The notes under the pieces: model-generated
Databases searched by the model: none
What the model was told of the DNA's origin: nothing
The model's input: only the letters and a program-made list of their open reading frames with translations
Made by a program: the position numbers and the translations under genes
NCBI GenBank assembly: GCA_012520595.1
Contig: JAAYNZ010000007.1
Location: 29,540 to 93,539, forward strand
Direction: 5' to 3'
DNA length: 64,000 nucleotides
Source of the DNA: Candidatus Epulonipiscium sp.
Lineage (GTDB): Bacteria > Bacillota > Clostridia > Lachnospirales > JAAYNZ01
Shown: one piece after another, positions 9,669-18,914 of the stretch
How positions within the stretch are numbered: position 1 is the first letter of the stretch
Layout of the letters: every line of letters starts with the position of its first letter

Positions 9669-10880
9669 TTATACAGAAATACTTAAAAGAGATAACTTGT
9701 TAATAAAAGATTCAATACGGTCAATCCCTTTTTTAATATTTTCTAAAGAAATAGCGTAGGATAAACGAATATGATTAGGGCAACCAAAATCTTGACAAGG
9801 AACAACAGCTACCTGTGCCTTTTCTAAAAGCAGTCGAGCAAAATCAGCAGCCCCATTAATTCTTTCTCCTTCATAGGAAACACCAATTAGTTCTTCTACA
9901 TCGACTAAAACATAAAAAGCTCCTTGCGGCTTAAATGCAGATATTCCTGGAATTTGTTTAATGCGATTTATCATATAATCTCTACGCTCTTCAAAAGCTT
10001 GACGCATTTGCTCCACACAATCTTGTGGTCCCGTAATGGCTGCCAAAGCAGCTTTTTGAGCAATGGAATTAGGATTCGAAGCTCCATGACTTTGAATATT
10101 GGACATGACTTTTGCAATCTCAGGATGAGCAGCCGCATATCCAATTCGCCATCCTGTCATAGCATAACTTTTTGATACTCCATTGATCAAAATGGTTTTT
10201 TCATATGCTTCTGGTCCCAAACTAGCTACGCTAATATGCTCAGCACCATCATAAACCAACTTTTCATAAATTTCATCAGAAATAATATATAAATCATGGG
10301 ATATGGCTATATCAACTAAAGCTTTCAATTCTTCTTTTGTATAAATCATTCCTGTAGGGTTACTGGGACTATTGATAATCAATGCTTTTGTACGACTGGT
10401 TATATTTGCATTTAATTGTTCCGACGTTATTTTGTACTGGTTTTCTTTTTGAGTATAAACAATTTTGGGAACTCCATCGGCTAAGGCTACCATTTCCGGA
10501 TAACTAAGCCAAAAAGGTGCTGGAATAATCACTTCATCCCCAGGATTTAAAATAGCCATAAAAGCATTTGTTAATGAATGCTTTGCTCCATTACTAACGA
10601 CAATTTGATTACATTCATAAACAAGTCCATGTTCTTGCACTAATTGGGAACAAATTGCTTTTCTTAGTTCTAATGTTCCTGATACAGGAGTATATTTTGT
10701 AAAACCTTCTTTAATAGCTTTTATAGCTGCCTCTTTTACATGTGAAGGAGTATCAAAGTCAGGTTCACCTGCTCCAAAACCAATAACATCCATTCCTTCT
10801 GCTTTCATTTGCTTTGATTTTGCTGTAATTGCTAATGTTGATGAAGGTTTTATTTGACTTCCTTTTTTAGATATATACAT
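9669..10880 (-). CDS. aspB: aspartate aminotransferase (class I PLP-dependent)
   Basis: It has the PLP-lysine motif SKSYAMTGWRIGY and the SPSNPTG motif. I moved the start to the ATG at 10880 (MYISKKG), which has the RBS TAGGTGG. The track start is a GTG three codons upstream that overlaps this RBS. Confidence 0.85.
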   Translation of the reverse strand: MYISKKGSQIKPSSTLAITAKSKQMKAEGMDVIGFGAGEPDFDTPSHVKEAAIKAIKEGFTKYTPVSGTLELRKAICSQLVQEHGLVYECNQIVVSNGAKHSLTNAFMAILNPGDEVIIPAPFWLSYPEMVALADGVPKIVYTQKENQYKITSEQLNANITSRTKALIINSPSNPTGMIYTKEELKALVDIAISHDLYIISDEIYEKLVYDGAEHISVASLGPEAYEKTILINGVSKSYAMTGWRIGYAAAHPEIAKVMSNIQSHGASNPNSIAQKAALAAITGPQDCVEQMRQAFEERRDYMINRIKQIPGISAFKPQGAFYVLVDVEELIGVSYEGERINGAADFARLLLEKAQVAVVPCQDFGCPNHIRLSYAISLENIKKGIDRIESFINKLSLLSISV

Positions 10881-10924
10881 TTTAACCACCTACCTATAAT
10901 GACTCTATCTCTCTAATGTTTCTT

Positions 10925-10953
10925 ATTGTAATATATTTTTCTGATATTTGCAA
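10925..10953 (-). promoter_or_regulatory. candidate sigma-A promoter for aspB
   Basis: On the minus strand: TTGCAA, a 17-nt spacer, then TACAAT. Confidence 0.45.
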
Positions 10954-11147
10954 GTATTTTTTTAAAAAAATTCTTTTTTTGAAAGCTTTATCAGTTTTGA
11001 AAAGGAGTTTTTTGAACATTTTGCAAGTTTTTATGTTTGTTTTTCATTTTAAGATTTTTCTACTTTATTATTTTATGAATGAAAATTGAATAGGGTGCAC
11101 ATACTGATAGAGAAGGTTATCATAAAAGGATAGGAGGTTATAATTCC

Positions 11148-11315
11148 ATGACACGACCTGATGATCAAATGATCCATTGTAGTGTTAAATCTTGCCAATA
11201 TAATGACCAAGTTCAATATTGTACTTTAGATAGTATTCAGGTTGGTTCTAATGAACACCATGCCCGAACGAAGCAAGAAACAGATTGTTTAAGTTTTGAA
11301 GCAGAAATGCAATAA
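11148..11315 (+). CDS. DUF1540 domain small Cys-rich protein
   Basis: 55 aa, below the track cutoff: MTRPDDQMIHCSVKSCQYNDQVQYCTLDSIQVGSNEHHARTKQETDCLSFEAEMQ. The pattern C-x-V-x2-C-x-Y-N ... C-x-L-x2-I-x-V ... ET-x-C-x-x-F matches DUF1540 as I remember it. There is a strong RBS (ATAGGAGG) 8 nt upstream and a terminator directly downstream. Confidence 0.65.
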   Translation: MTRPDDQMIHCSVKSCQYNDQVQYCTLDSIQVGSNEHHARTKQETDCLSFEAEMQ

Positions 11316-11316
11316 A

Positions 11317-11346
11317 ATAAAAGGCACAAAGGTGCCTTTTATTTTG
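11317..11346. terminator. bidirectional rho-independent terminator shared by the DUF1540 gene (+) and spoVS (-)
   Basis: AAGGCAC (11321-11327) pairs with GTGCCTT (11332-11338) around a 4-nt loop. An A-run lies on one side and a T-run on the other, so either strand gives a hairpin plus U-tract. Confidence 0.75.
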
Positions 11347-11599
11347 GTTGTACAATCAGTTTAATAGCTGTACGCTCTTCTCCATCAATTTCAATCTCCG
11401 CAAATGCGGGAATACACATAAGATCAATACCTGAGGGAGCCACATATCCTCTTGCGATAATGATAGCCTTTATTGCTTGATTTAATGCCCCTGCACCAAT
11501 CGCTTGTAGTTCAGCACCACCCTTTTCACGAATGGTATTCGCTAAAGCTCCTGCTACAGAATTTGGATTTGATTTTGATGCAACCTTCAATATTTCCAT
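11339..11599 (-). CDS. spoVS: stage V sporulation protein S
   Basis: 86 aa. MEILKVASKSNPNSVAGALA ... AIKLIV is an almost invariant SpoVS sequence. Confidence 0.92.
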   Translation of the reverse strand: MEILKVASKSNPNSVAGALANTIREKGGAELQAIGAGALNQAIKAIIIARGYVAPSGIDLMCIPAFAEIEIDGEERTAIKLIVQPK

Positions 11600-11637
11600 T
11601 TATAAAACCCCCTTTAATGAAGTACACTTATTATTAG

Positions 11638-11666
11638 ATATTCTACAGAAAATGCAGAAATCCTTT
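11638..11666 (-). promoter_or_regulatory. sigma-H type promoter for spoVS
   Basis: On the minus strand: AAAGGATTT, an 11-nt spacer, then GTAGAATAT. This fits RnAGGAwww-(11-12)-RnnGAATww at every specified position. B. subtilis spoVS is known to be sigma-H dependent. Confidence 0.55.
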
Positions 11667-11670
11667 TTTA

Positions 11671-11708
11671 TAAAAAAATAAAAGCATGAAATTCACGCTT
11701 TTATTTTT
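11671..11708 (-). terminator. probable terminator after rny
   Basis: An AT-rich hairpin pairs AAAAGCATGAA with TTCACGCTTTT, with one mismatch. T-runs flank it on both sides. Confidence 0.45.
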
Positions 11709-11716
11709 GACGAACC

Positions 11717-13273
11717 TTATTTGGCATATTCAATCGCTCTTGTTTCACGAATCATATTCACCTTTATTTGACCTGGATATTCTAATTCACCTTCAATTTG
11801 CTTTGCAATTTCTCTTGCCAATAAATTCATTTCTGCATCATTCACTTGTTCTGGAATAACCATAATACGAAGTTCTCTTCCCGCTTGAATAGCAAAAGAT
11901 TTCTCCACACCCTCAAAACCATCAGCTATTTCTTCTAGCTTTTGCAAACGCTTGATATAGGTTTCTAAGGTTTCTCTCCTTGCTCCAGGTCTTGCAGCGG
12001 AAATGGTATCTGCAGCTTGTACAATAACAGCTATAATACTTTCAGGCTCAACATCACCATGATGAGCTTCTACTGCATTAATAACTATTTTAGATTCTCG
12101 ATATTTTTTACAAAGTTCAACGCCTATACTAACATGGGAACCTTCCATCTCATGATCTACGGCTTTTCCAATATCATGTAGTAGTCCTGCTCTCTTTGCT
12201 AAACGAATATCTATTCCTAGTTCACCTGCAATTAAACCACTTAAATGAGCTACTTCAATAGAATGTTTTAATACATTTTGACCATAACTGGTTCGGAATT
12301 TTAATTTCCCAAGTAAACGTACAAGTTCGGGGTGAAGACCATGTACTCCTGTTTCAAAGGTAGCAGACTCACCTTCTTCACGAATGATTGTTTCTACTTC
12401 TTTTCTTGCCTTCTCTACCATTTCTTCAATTCGAGCAGGATGAATTCGCCCATCTACAATTAATTTTTCTAAAGCAATCCGGGCAATTTCTCTGCGGATT
12501 GGATCAAATCCTGATAAAATAACGGCCTCTGGAGTATCATCAATAATAAGATCAATTCCTGTTAAAGTTTCTAAGGCTCTAATATTCCGCCCTTCACGCC
12601 CTATAATTCTTCCTTTCATCTCATCACTAGGTAAAGAAACAACAGATACTGTCGTATCTGCTACATGATCTGCTGCACATTTTTGGATGGCATTGGTAAT
12701 AATATCTCTTGCCCTTTTGTCTGCTTCTTGTTTTGTTTGGTTTTCGATTTCCTTAATGAGCATTGCAGATTCATGTTTTACTTCATTCTCAATGGTCTGT
12801 AATAAATATTCTTTTGCTTGTTCTGATGTTAATCCTGAAATATTTTCTAATTCTTGTAATTGTTTGTGTTGTAATTCTAATAATTCTTCCTTTAATTGCT
12901 CTATTTCTTCTGCTTTTTTCGCGAGTTGACTCTCTTTTTTTTCAAAAGATTCAGCTTTTCTATCTAAAGCTTCTTCTTTTTGAAGAAGTCTTCTTTCAAG
13001 ACGCTGGAGCTCATTTCTACGTTCTTTAACTTCTTTATCCAAATCATTTTTGGCTCTTAACGCTTCTTCTTTGGCTTCTAATGCAATTTCTCGTTTTCTA
13101 GCTTCTGCCGTTTTAATTGCATCATCAATAATATCTCGAGCTTTTACTTCTGCCGTGCCAATTTGAGCTTCAGCAATTTTCTTACGATAAGCAATTCCCG
13201 CCATAAAAGCAATAATCCCAACAATGACGGTTGTTATCACAACACTAATAATGATTTCAACGATAACCAACAC
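11717..13273 (-). CDS. rny: ribonuclease Y
   Basis: 518 aa. It has an N-terminal TM helix, a coiled coil, a KH domain ([15 protein letters not shown]) and an HD domain (LLHDIGK). The start codon is TTG with the RBS AAGGAGGTG. Confidence 0.93.
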   Translation of the reverse strand: MLVIVEIIISVVITTVIVGIIAFMAGIAYRKKIAEAQIGTAEVKARDIIDDAIKTAEARKREIALEAKEEALRAKNDLDKEVKERRNELQRLERRLLQKEEALDRKAESFEKKESQLAKKAEEIEQLKEELLELQHKQLQELENISGLTSEQAKEYLLQTIENEVKHESAMLIKEIENQTKQEADKRARDIITNAIQKCAADHVADTTVSVVSLPSDEMKGRIIGREGRNIRALETLTGIDLIIDDTPEAVILSGFDPIRREIARIALEKLIVDGRIHPARIEEMVEKARKEVETIIREEGESATFETGVHGLHPELVRLLGKLKFRTSYGQNVLKHSIEVAHLSGLIAGELGIDIRLAKRAGLLHDIGKAVDHEMEGSHVSIGVELCKKYRESKIVINAVEAHHGDVEPESIIAVIVQAADTISAARPGARRETLETYIKRLQKLEEIADGFEGVEKSFAIQAGRELRIMVIPEQVNDAEMNLLAREIAKQIEGELEYPGQIKVNMIRETRAIEYAK

Positions 13274-13325
13274 CTCCTTTATTCAGTTTTCATTGTTCAA
13301 TATAAAAATGCATACTAACATTTAA

Positions 13326-13354
13326 ATTGTATTACTTTTTAAAACTGATGTCAA
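13326..13354 (-). promoter_or_regulatory. sigma-A promoter for rny
   Basis: On the minus strand: TTGACA, a 17-nt spacer, then TACAAT. Confidence 0.55.
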
Positions 13355-13456
13355 GCATATAAAGCATTCCTTCTAAAGGGCCTCTACCATATTCTTATAA
13401 AATAAGCTCTCTAAGACTTTTAAAAAAGAGCCCTTAAAGTAGAGTTCTTATCACAT

Positions 13457-14092
13457 TCAATCAACATCTTCTTTTATATTCCAGTTTATTTTTGAAAACA
13501 CTTTATAAATAGTCTCATAAGAAAATCCTCGTCGTTGTAAATAAAAATACAATCGTCGTTTTTCTTTTAAAGAAATTTCTTTATCTAGATCCACTCTTTT
13601 TTGTATTAGCTGATAGACTGCCTTTTCTTCATCTATAACTTGATTATCTATCACTTGTTCTGCTACTTCTTTAGGTATTCCTTTCTGCTGCAATTGATAT
13701 GCTAGCATCCTTTTACCCATGGGTTTATTTTGTAATTTAGCTTTAATAAATTGTTCTGCATAAGATTTATCATCCAAGAAAGAATATCGGTATAAAAAAT
13801 CAATAATACGCTGGATCACTGAATCAGGATAGAAATCCTGTTGTAATCGTTGCCGAATCTCTTGTTCCGTACGCCCACGATAATGAAGCAAACGAAGAGC
13901 TTTTTCCTTCCCACGCCGATATAAAACAGTGTTCTCAATTTTGTCTTTTTCATCTTGGGTTATTTCTTGTTGTTCTTTCAATCCCAATTGATATAAATCT
14001 TCTGCATCCATTCCAAAGGCAAATTCATGATCAATGAAAATAGACCAACGATTTTTATGATATTTTTGTGGCTGTATTTTGGTAATTTTCAT
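13457..14092 (-). CDS. recX: recombination regulator RecX
   Basis: 211 aa with a repeated three-helix RecX pattern. It lies 6 nt downstream of recA. Confidence 0.85.
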   Translation of the reverse strand: MKITKIQPQKYHKNRWSIFIDHEFAFGMDAEDLYQLGLKEQQEITQDEKDKIENTVLYRRGKEKALRLLHYRGRTEQEIRQRLQQDFYPDSVIQRIIDFLYRYSFLDDKSYAEQFIKAKLQNKPMGKRMLAYQLQQKGIPKEVAEQVIDNQVIDEEKAVYQLIQKRVDLDKEISLKEKRRLYFYLQRRGFSYETIYKVFSKINWNIKEDVD

Positions 14093-14098
14093 CTGCTG

Positions 14099-15151
14099 TT
14101 ATTCTTCCGTAGATAAGTCTACTGATTCTTCCTGCTCTTTTATTTCTTTTTCTGTCAGTAAAGGCAATTGATAAAATTCTCTTACCTGATTTTCTATTTC
14201 AAAACAGACCCTAGAATTTTCCTTTAGAAAAGTTTTAACATTTTCTCTTCCTTGTCCTAAACGAATATCGCCATAAGAATACCAAGCTCCACTTTTAGAA
14301 ACAATGTCCAACTCTGTACCTAAGTCGAGGACATCACCTTCTCTTGAAATCCCTTGTCCGTACATAATGTCAAATTCCGCTGTCTTAAACGGAGGAGCTA
14401 CTTTATTTTTAACAACCTTTACTCGAGTACGATTTCCTACAAAATCGTTACTTTGTTTAAGGGATTCAATCCTACGAACATCTAATCGAATGGAAGAATA
14501 GAACTTAAGAGCACGACCTCCAGTAGTGGTTTCTGGGCTTCCAAAAGTAATCCCAACTTTTTCTCTCAATTGATTAATAAATACAACAATACATTTAGAT
14601 TTATTAACAACTCCTGTTAACTTACGTAATGCTTGGGACATGAGTCTAGCCTGTAACCCCATATGACTATCCCCCATTTCTCCCTCTATTTCAGCTTTAG
14701 GCACTAAGGCAGCAACAGAGTCAACGATTACCATATCAATGGCTCCTGAACGTACCATGGTTTCTGCAATTTCTAGTGCTTGTTCTCCATGATCAGGTTG
14801 AGAGATATATAAGTTTTCTACATCAACTCCTAATTTACCTGCATAATTAGGATCTAAGGCATGTTCAGCATCAATAAAAGCAGCAATACCACCTAATTTT
14901 TGTACTTCCGCTACCATATGAAGAGCTACCGTAGTCTTTCCTGAAGACTCCGGACCAAAAACCTCAATAATCCTTCCTCTAGGGATTCCTCCTACTCCTA
15001 AAGCAACATCCAGGCTTAGAGAACCTGTAGGAACCGTCTCAATATTCATGTTATCCCTTGATTCTCCCAATTTCATAATAGAACCTTTTCCAAATTGCTT
15101 TTGAATCTGTGCAATAGCAGAATCTAATGCCTTTAATTTATCTTGATCCAT
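14099..15151 (-). CDS. recA: recombinase RecA
   Basis: It has Walker A (GPESSGKTT) and canonical RecA sequence throughout. I moved the start to the ATG at 15151 ([10 protein letters not shown]...). The track ATG at 15202 lies inside the LexA box, only 6 nt after the -10 element. Confidence 0.93.
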   Translation of the reverse strand: MDQDKLKALDSAIAQIQKQFGKGSIMKLGESRDNMNIETVPTGSLSLDVALGVGGIPRGRIIEVFGPESSGKTTVALHMVAEVQKLGGIAAFIDAEHALDPNYAGKLGVDVENLYISQPDHGEQALEIAETMVRSGAIDMVIVDSVAALVPKAEIEGEMGDSHMGLQARLMSQALRKLTGVVNKSKCIVVFINQLREKVGITFGSPETTTGGRALKFYSSIRLDVRRIESLKQSNDFVGNRTRVKVVKNKVAPPFKTAEFDIMYGQGISREGDVLDLGTELDIVSKSGAWYSYGDIRLGQGRENVKTFLKENSRVCFEIENQVREFYQLPLLTEKEIKEQEESVDLSTEE

Positions 15152-15193
15152 TTTTTTCCTGGTAATAACCAGGTCACCACCTTTCTTATCGAT

Positions 15194-15207
15194 CGAACTC
15201 ATGTTCT
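15194..15207 (-). promoter_or_regulatory. LexA operator (Cheo/SOS box) of recA
   Basis: The plus strand reads CGAACTCATGTTCT, which matches CGAAC-N4-GTTC(G/T). It sits immediately downstream of the recA -10 element. Confidence 0.65.
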
Positions 15208-15208
15208 T

Positions 15209-15237
15209 ATTATAGCTGATATTTTACTTTTCGTCAA
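15209..15237 (-). promoter_or_regulatory. sigma-A promoter for recA, overlapping the last codons of cinA
   Basis: On the minus strand: TTGACG, a 17-nt spacer, then TATAAT. Confidence 0.55.
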
Positions 15238-16474
15238 CCTCCATTTGTAATAATTTTTGTCTTAACCAATCCAATGCTTCTACTGTTACCCGCTCTCTAA
15301 TTTTTTGACGTTTTCCTGAAAACTGTAATTTTTTCACTTCAACTTTTCCATTATAAAAGATACCCACATAAACTAGGCCTACAGGCTTTTCTTTACTACC
15401 TCCACCAGGTCCAGCAATTCCTGTAACACTAAGTCCAATATCTGTTTGGGCTGTTCTTCCTATACCTATGGCCATTTCTTGGGCTGTTTCTTCACTAACA
15501 GCTCCATATTGTTTTAATGTCTCCTTAGCAACTCCCAACCGACTCATTTTAGCTTCATTGGAGTAAGTAACAGCTCCTTCCAATAAAACTTCAGAAACTC
15601 CTGGATAATTCACCAAACGACTACAAATCATTCCGCCTGTGCAAGATTCTGCTATACTAAGGGTTTTATTTTTTTCTAACAAAAGGCGAACAATCTCTTG
15701 TTCAAGAGTTGTTTCATCTGTTCCATAAATATGAATTCCTAATCGCTTTCGAATTTCCTTTTCTACAGGTTGAATCAATAATAGTCCTTCTTGCTCTGTA
15801 GAACTACGTGCTGTAATTCGTAGGCGAACCTCTCCTTGTTTTGCATAAGGTGCAATCGTGGGATTGGTTTGTTTTTTTATTAAATCTTGTAATTGATCTT
15901 CTACGTGGCTTTCCCCCAGACCTGTAATATGTAATATTTTTGAAATTAATATTCCTTCTTGAAAACCTTGTAAATAAGGTACTACATAATGTTCAAACAT
16001 AGGAATCATTTCACTTGGAGGACCCGGAAGTAAAATTAAGATCTTACCTTCTTTCTCCAAAATGCATCCAGGTGCTGTACCATGATCATTAGGCAAAATT
16101 TGAGATCCTTCTGGAAATAAAGCTTGTTTTTTATTTCCTTCTGTTAAAGGAAGACCTCTACCTTTAAAATAATCAGATATTCTCTCTAAACTAGAGATAT
16201 CAAGTACCAATTTCTTTTGAAAATATTCTGCTGCCATTTCTTTAGTTAAATCATCTTGCGTAGGACCTAAACCTCCTGTCGTAATTAATAAATCAGCTCT
16301 TTGAAATCCCTGTACATAAGTTTCTCTTAATCGACTTGGATTATCTCCTACAACAGTTTGATAATAAACAAAAATACCTAATTCAGCTAAACGTTTAGCA
16401 ATATATTGTCCATTGGTATTTATAATTTCTCCCAGCAAAAGTTCTGTCCCCACAGCTATAATTTCTGCTTTCAT
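15224..16474 (-). CDS. cinA: competence/damage-inducible protein CinA (MoCF-like domain plus NMN amidohydrolase PncC domain)
   Basis: 416 aa. It begins MKAEIIAVGTELLLGEIINTN, has a C-terminal ESCTGG motif, and lies upstream of recA. Confidence 0.9.
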   Translation of the reverse strand: MKAEIIAVGTELLLGEIINTNGQYIAKRLAELGIFVYYQTVVGDNPSRLRETYVQGFQRADLLITTGGLGPTQDDLTKEMAAEYFQKKLVLDISSLERISDYFKGRGLPLTEGNKKQALFPEGSQILPNDHGTAPGCILEKEGKILILLPGPPSEMIPMFEHYVVPYLQGFQEGILISKILHITGLGESHVEDQLQDLIKKQTNPTIAPYAKQGEVRLRITARSSTEQEGLLLIQPVEKEIRKRLGIHIYGTDETTLEQEIVRLLLEKNKTLSIAESCTGGMICSRLVNYPGVSEVLLEGAVTYSNEAKMSRLGVAKETLKQYGAVSEETAQEMAIGIGRTAQTDIGLSVTGIAGPGGGSKEKPVGLVYVGIFYNGKVEVKKLQFSGKRQKIRERVTVEALDWLRQKLLQMEVDEK

Positions 16475-16561
16475 TTATATCCCTTCTTTACTTTTATAGT
16501 AGCATAATCTAAATTTCGTAAAATCCCTATCCATACATTCTTTAAATCATTTTCAAAAATT

Positions 16562-16590
16562 ATTGTATTATAAATTTTCTTTTATTTCAA
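16562..16590 (-). promoter_or_regulatory. candidate sigma-A promoter for cinA
   Basis: On the minus strand: TTGAAA, a 17-nt spacer, then TACAAT. It is about 85 nt upstream of the ATG. Confidence 0.35.
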
Positions 16591-16617
16591 TAAAAATCCC
16601 CTAAACGGAGATTTTTA

Positions 16618-16809
16618 TTATTGCCCTAATTTTTTTGTTATTAATCTTTGGATTTCAGATGCTTGCATTCCTTCATTTTCAGCAAAACGTTTAAAACAAT
16701 CCCTAATTTCTTCATCGTCAATTTCCTGTGAATAGTTTTGAAAATCCCTTACTCTTTCTTGGGTATCTAAAAGAGCTTTTTTTAAATAGTCTTGGGTTGT
16801 AAGTTCCAT
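16618..16809 (-). CDS. hypothetical small acidic helical protein (63 aa)
   Basis: I moved the start to the ATG at 16809 (MELTTQDYLKK...), which has the strong RBS TAGGAGGTG 5 nt upstream. I recognise no family. A weak hairpin at 16591-16617 follows the stop. Confidence 0.5.
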   Translation of the reverse strand: MELTTQDYLKKALLDTQERVRDFQNYSQEIDDEEIRDCFKRFAENEGMQASEIQRLITKKLGQ

Positions 16810-17025
16810 ATCTTCACCTCCTAAAGTTAATAGAAATACCATTTGTCTATTATTTAGTATAGATAAAATTTCTTATGTTATACCATTTATAAAATTCCAT
16901 AGTTTGCTTAAAAAATAATGCTCAAGTGTATTATGATAAAATATAACTTTACCCTACTAGTTATTCATATTGGATAAATTTTTTCAATCTTATACTATTA
17001 AGCACAATGCTAGGGATTCCATTAT

Positions 17026-17070
17026 AAAAAACAAACAGGTATTATTCTACTAATACCTGTTTGTTTTTTA
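17026..17070 (-). terminator. rho-independent terminator overlapping the pgsA 3' end
   Basis: A perfect 19-bp stem pairs 17026-17044 with 17051-17069 around a 6-nt loop. The RNA 5' arm encodes the last codons (KNKQVLVE). The 3' arm begins at the stop codon and ends in U6. Confidence 0.7.
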
Positions 17071-17581
17071 TAATATAGTCTACGCCTGAAACAATAGTAA
17101 AAATAACACTGGCCCAAATAAAAACTACTTCTAGCCATTGAAAAATCAAACGAGAACTATTTAGTAACAACAAGATAACCATGATCATTTGGCTTACTGT
17201 CTTAATTTTTCCCCATTTACTAGCTGCAATTACAATATTGTTGGAAGCTGCTAATATTCGAAAACCTGTAACAGCAAATTCTCGACTAATAATAATAATC
17301 ACAACCCAAGCAGATAATCGTTCCAACTGAACAAGTCCAATCATAGCAGAAGTAACTAGCAATTTATCTGCCAATGGATCCATGAACTTGCCTAGATTTG
17401 TAACAAGATTTCTAGAACGTGCAATATAACCATCTAAGAAATCGGTTAATGCTGCTAAGATAAAAATAAGTAAAGCTCCATATTTTCCTATAGGTGCCGG
17501 AAACCAATTGGTCAATAAAAAAATCAAAAATAAAGGGATCATAAAAACACGGACAAAGGTTAGTTTATTAGCTAAATTCAT
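17042..17581 (-). CDS. pgsA: CDP-diacylglycerol--glycerol-3-phosphate 3-phosphatidyltransferase
   Basis: 179 aa with the CDP-alcohol phosphotransferase motif DFLDGYIAR...G..MDPLADK. Confidence 0.9.
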   Translation of the reverse strand: MNLANKLTFVRVFMIPLFLIFLLTNWFPAPIGKYGALLIFILAALTDFLDGYIARSRNLVTNLGKFMDPLADKLLVTSAMIGLVQLERLSAWVVIIIISREFAVTGFRILAASNNIVIAASKWGKIKTVSQMIMVILLLLNSSRLIFQWLEVVFIWASVIFTIVSGVDYIIKNKQVLVE

Positions 17582-18909
17582 TCTATCATCTCTCCCACTA
17601 GATCATATTCATAGGCTTCTTTTATACGAACTTTTATAAATTCTCCTGACATGAGTTCTTTTTGTATGGGAATAAACACCATACCATCAATGTCAGGAGC
17701 ATCTTTATAGGTCCGACCACAATAAACCCCTTGTTCTGGTAACTTCCCTTCGATCAAAACTTCCATTTCTCTTCCTGTCATTTTTTGGGATAATTTTATG
17801 CTGATCCCCTGCTGCAATTCCATTAATAGTCCTCTTCGCTCCTGTTTGATTTCTTCTTGGATTTGATCTGGAAATTCTGCAGCTTTTGTTCCCTCTTCCT
17901 GAGAATAAGTAAAAACACCTAAACGATCAAAACACATGTCTTTAACAAAAGTGTATACGTCTTCAAATTGCTCTTGTGTTTCTCCTGGAAAGCCAGTAAT
18001 CAATGTTGTTCGTATACAAATCTCTGGGATCTGTCTTCGCAGCTTGTCAATCACTTGTCTTAGCTGCTTTTGATTACTCCGCCTTCCCATTCTTTTTAGA
18101 ATCTCATTGTTGGCATGTTGAATGGGCATATCAATGTATTTACAAATTTTAGGTTCTTTTGCCATAACTTCAATTAACTCATCTGTAATTTCTTCAGGAT
18201 AACAATATAAAAGACGAATCCAATGCAGATCTTTGATTTGACAAAGCTTAGTTAATAGTTCTGGTAATTTTTTTGTTCCATATCGATCTTGTCCATATCC
18301 TGTCGTATCTTGAGCAACTAAGATTAATTCCTTTACTCCTTGCTGCACTAAAATTTCTGCTTCTTTTAGAATGCTCTCCATACTTCGGCTACGGTATTTA
18401 CCCCTTATCTTAGGAATAATACAGTAACTACAATGATTGTTACATCCTTCTGCAATTTTTAAATACCCATAATACCCTGGAGTACTTAAAATCCTAGTTT
18501 CTTCCATTTCCATTATTCGATGAATATCTTCAAATGCCTCTACTTTTTCTCCTTGTAATGCTTTTTTAATAACAACTGCAATTTGATCATATCCCGTTGT
18601 TCCTATGATACCATCGACTTCAGGAATCTCCTTTAAAATCTCCTTTTTATATCGTTCTGCCATACAACCTGTTACAATAAGAACTTTACAGTTTCCTTCT
18701 TTTTTATAAAGAGACATTTGTAATATATTTTCAATACTTTCTTCTTGGGCTTCTTGAATAAAACAACAGGTATTTACAACAATAACTTCTGCTTGAGATT
18801 CATCTGAAACAATCTCAAATCCTTCTTTTTTTACTATTCCTAACATATTTTCACTATCAATTCGATTTTTATCACAACCTAATGATACAAAAGCAATCGA
18901 TGTACTCAC
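17578..18909 (-). CDS. rimO: ribosomal protein S12 methylthiotransferase RimO
   Basis: It has a radical-SAM CxxxCxxC motif (CNNHCSYC), an N-terminal MTTase domain and a C-terminal TRAM domain. I moved the start to the GTG at 18909, which has the RBS GGAGAGGAG 8 nt upstream. The track start would overlap folD by 34 nt. Confidence 0.88.
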   Translation of the reverse strand: MSTSIAFVSLGCDKNRIDSENMLGIVKKEGFEIVSDESQAEVIVVNTCCFIQEAQEESIENILQMSLYKKEGNCKVLIVTGCMAERYKKEILKEIPEVDGIIGTTGYDQIAVVIKKALQGEKVEAFEDIHRIMEMEETRILSTPGYYGYLKIAEGCNNHCSYCIIPKIRGKYRSRSMESILKEAEILVQQGVKELILVAQDTTGYGQDRYGTKKLPELLTKLCQIKDLHWIRLLYCYPEEITDELIEVMAKEPKICKYIDMPIQHANNEILKRMGRRSNQKQLRQVIDKLRRQIPEICIRTTLITGFPGETQEQFEDVYTFVKDMCFDRLGVFTYSQEEGTKAAEFPDQIQEEIKQERRGLLMELQQGISIKLSQKMTGREMEVLIEGKLPEQGVYCGRTYKDAPDIDGMVFIPIQKELMSGEFIKVRIKEAYEYDLVGEMIE

Positions 18910-18914
18910 AAATT

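Noticed and set aside
11033-11089. This is an 18-codon plus-strand mini-ORF (MFVFHFKIFLLYYFMNEN) in the aspB/DUF1540 divergent region.
   Set aside because: The only SD-like sequence (AAGGAG) is about 24 nt upstream. The composition simply reflects the T-rich spacer, and nothing indicates a leader-peptide function.
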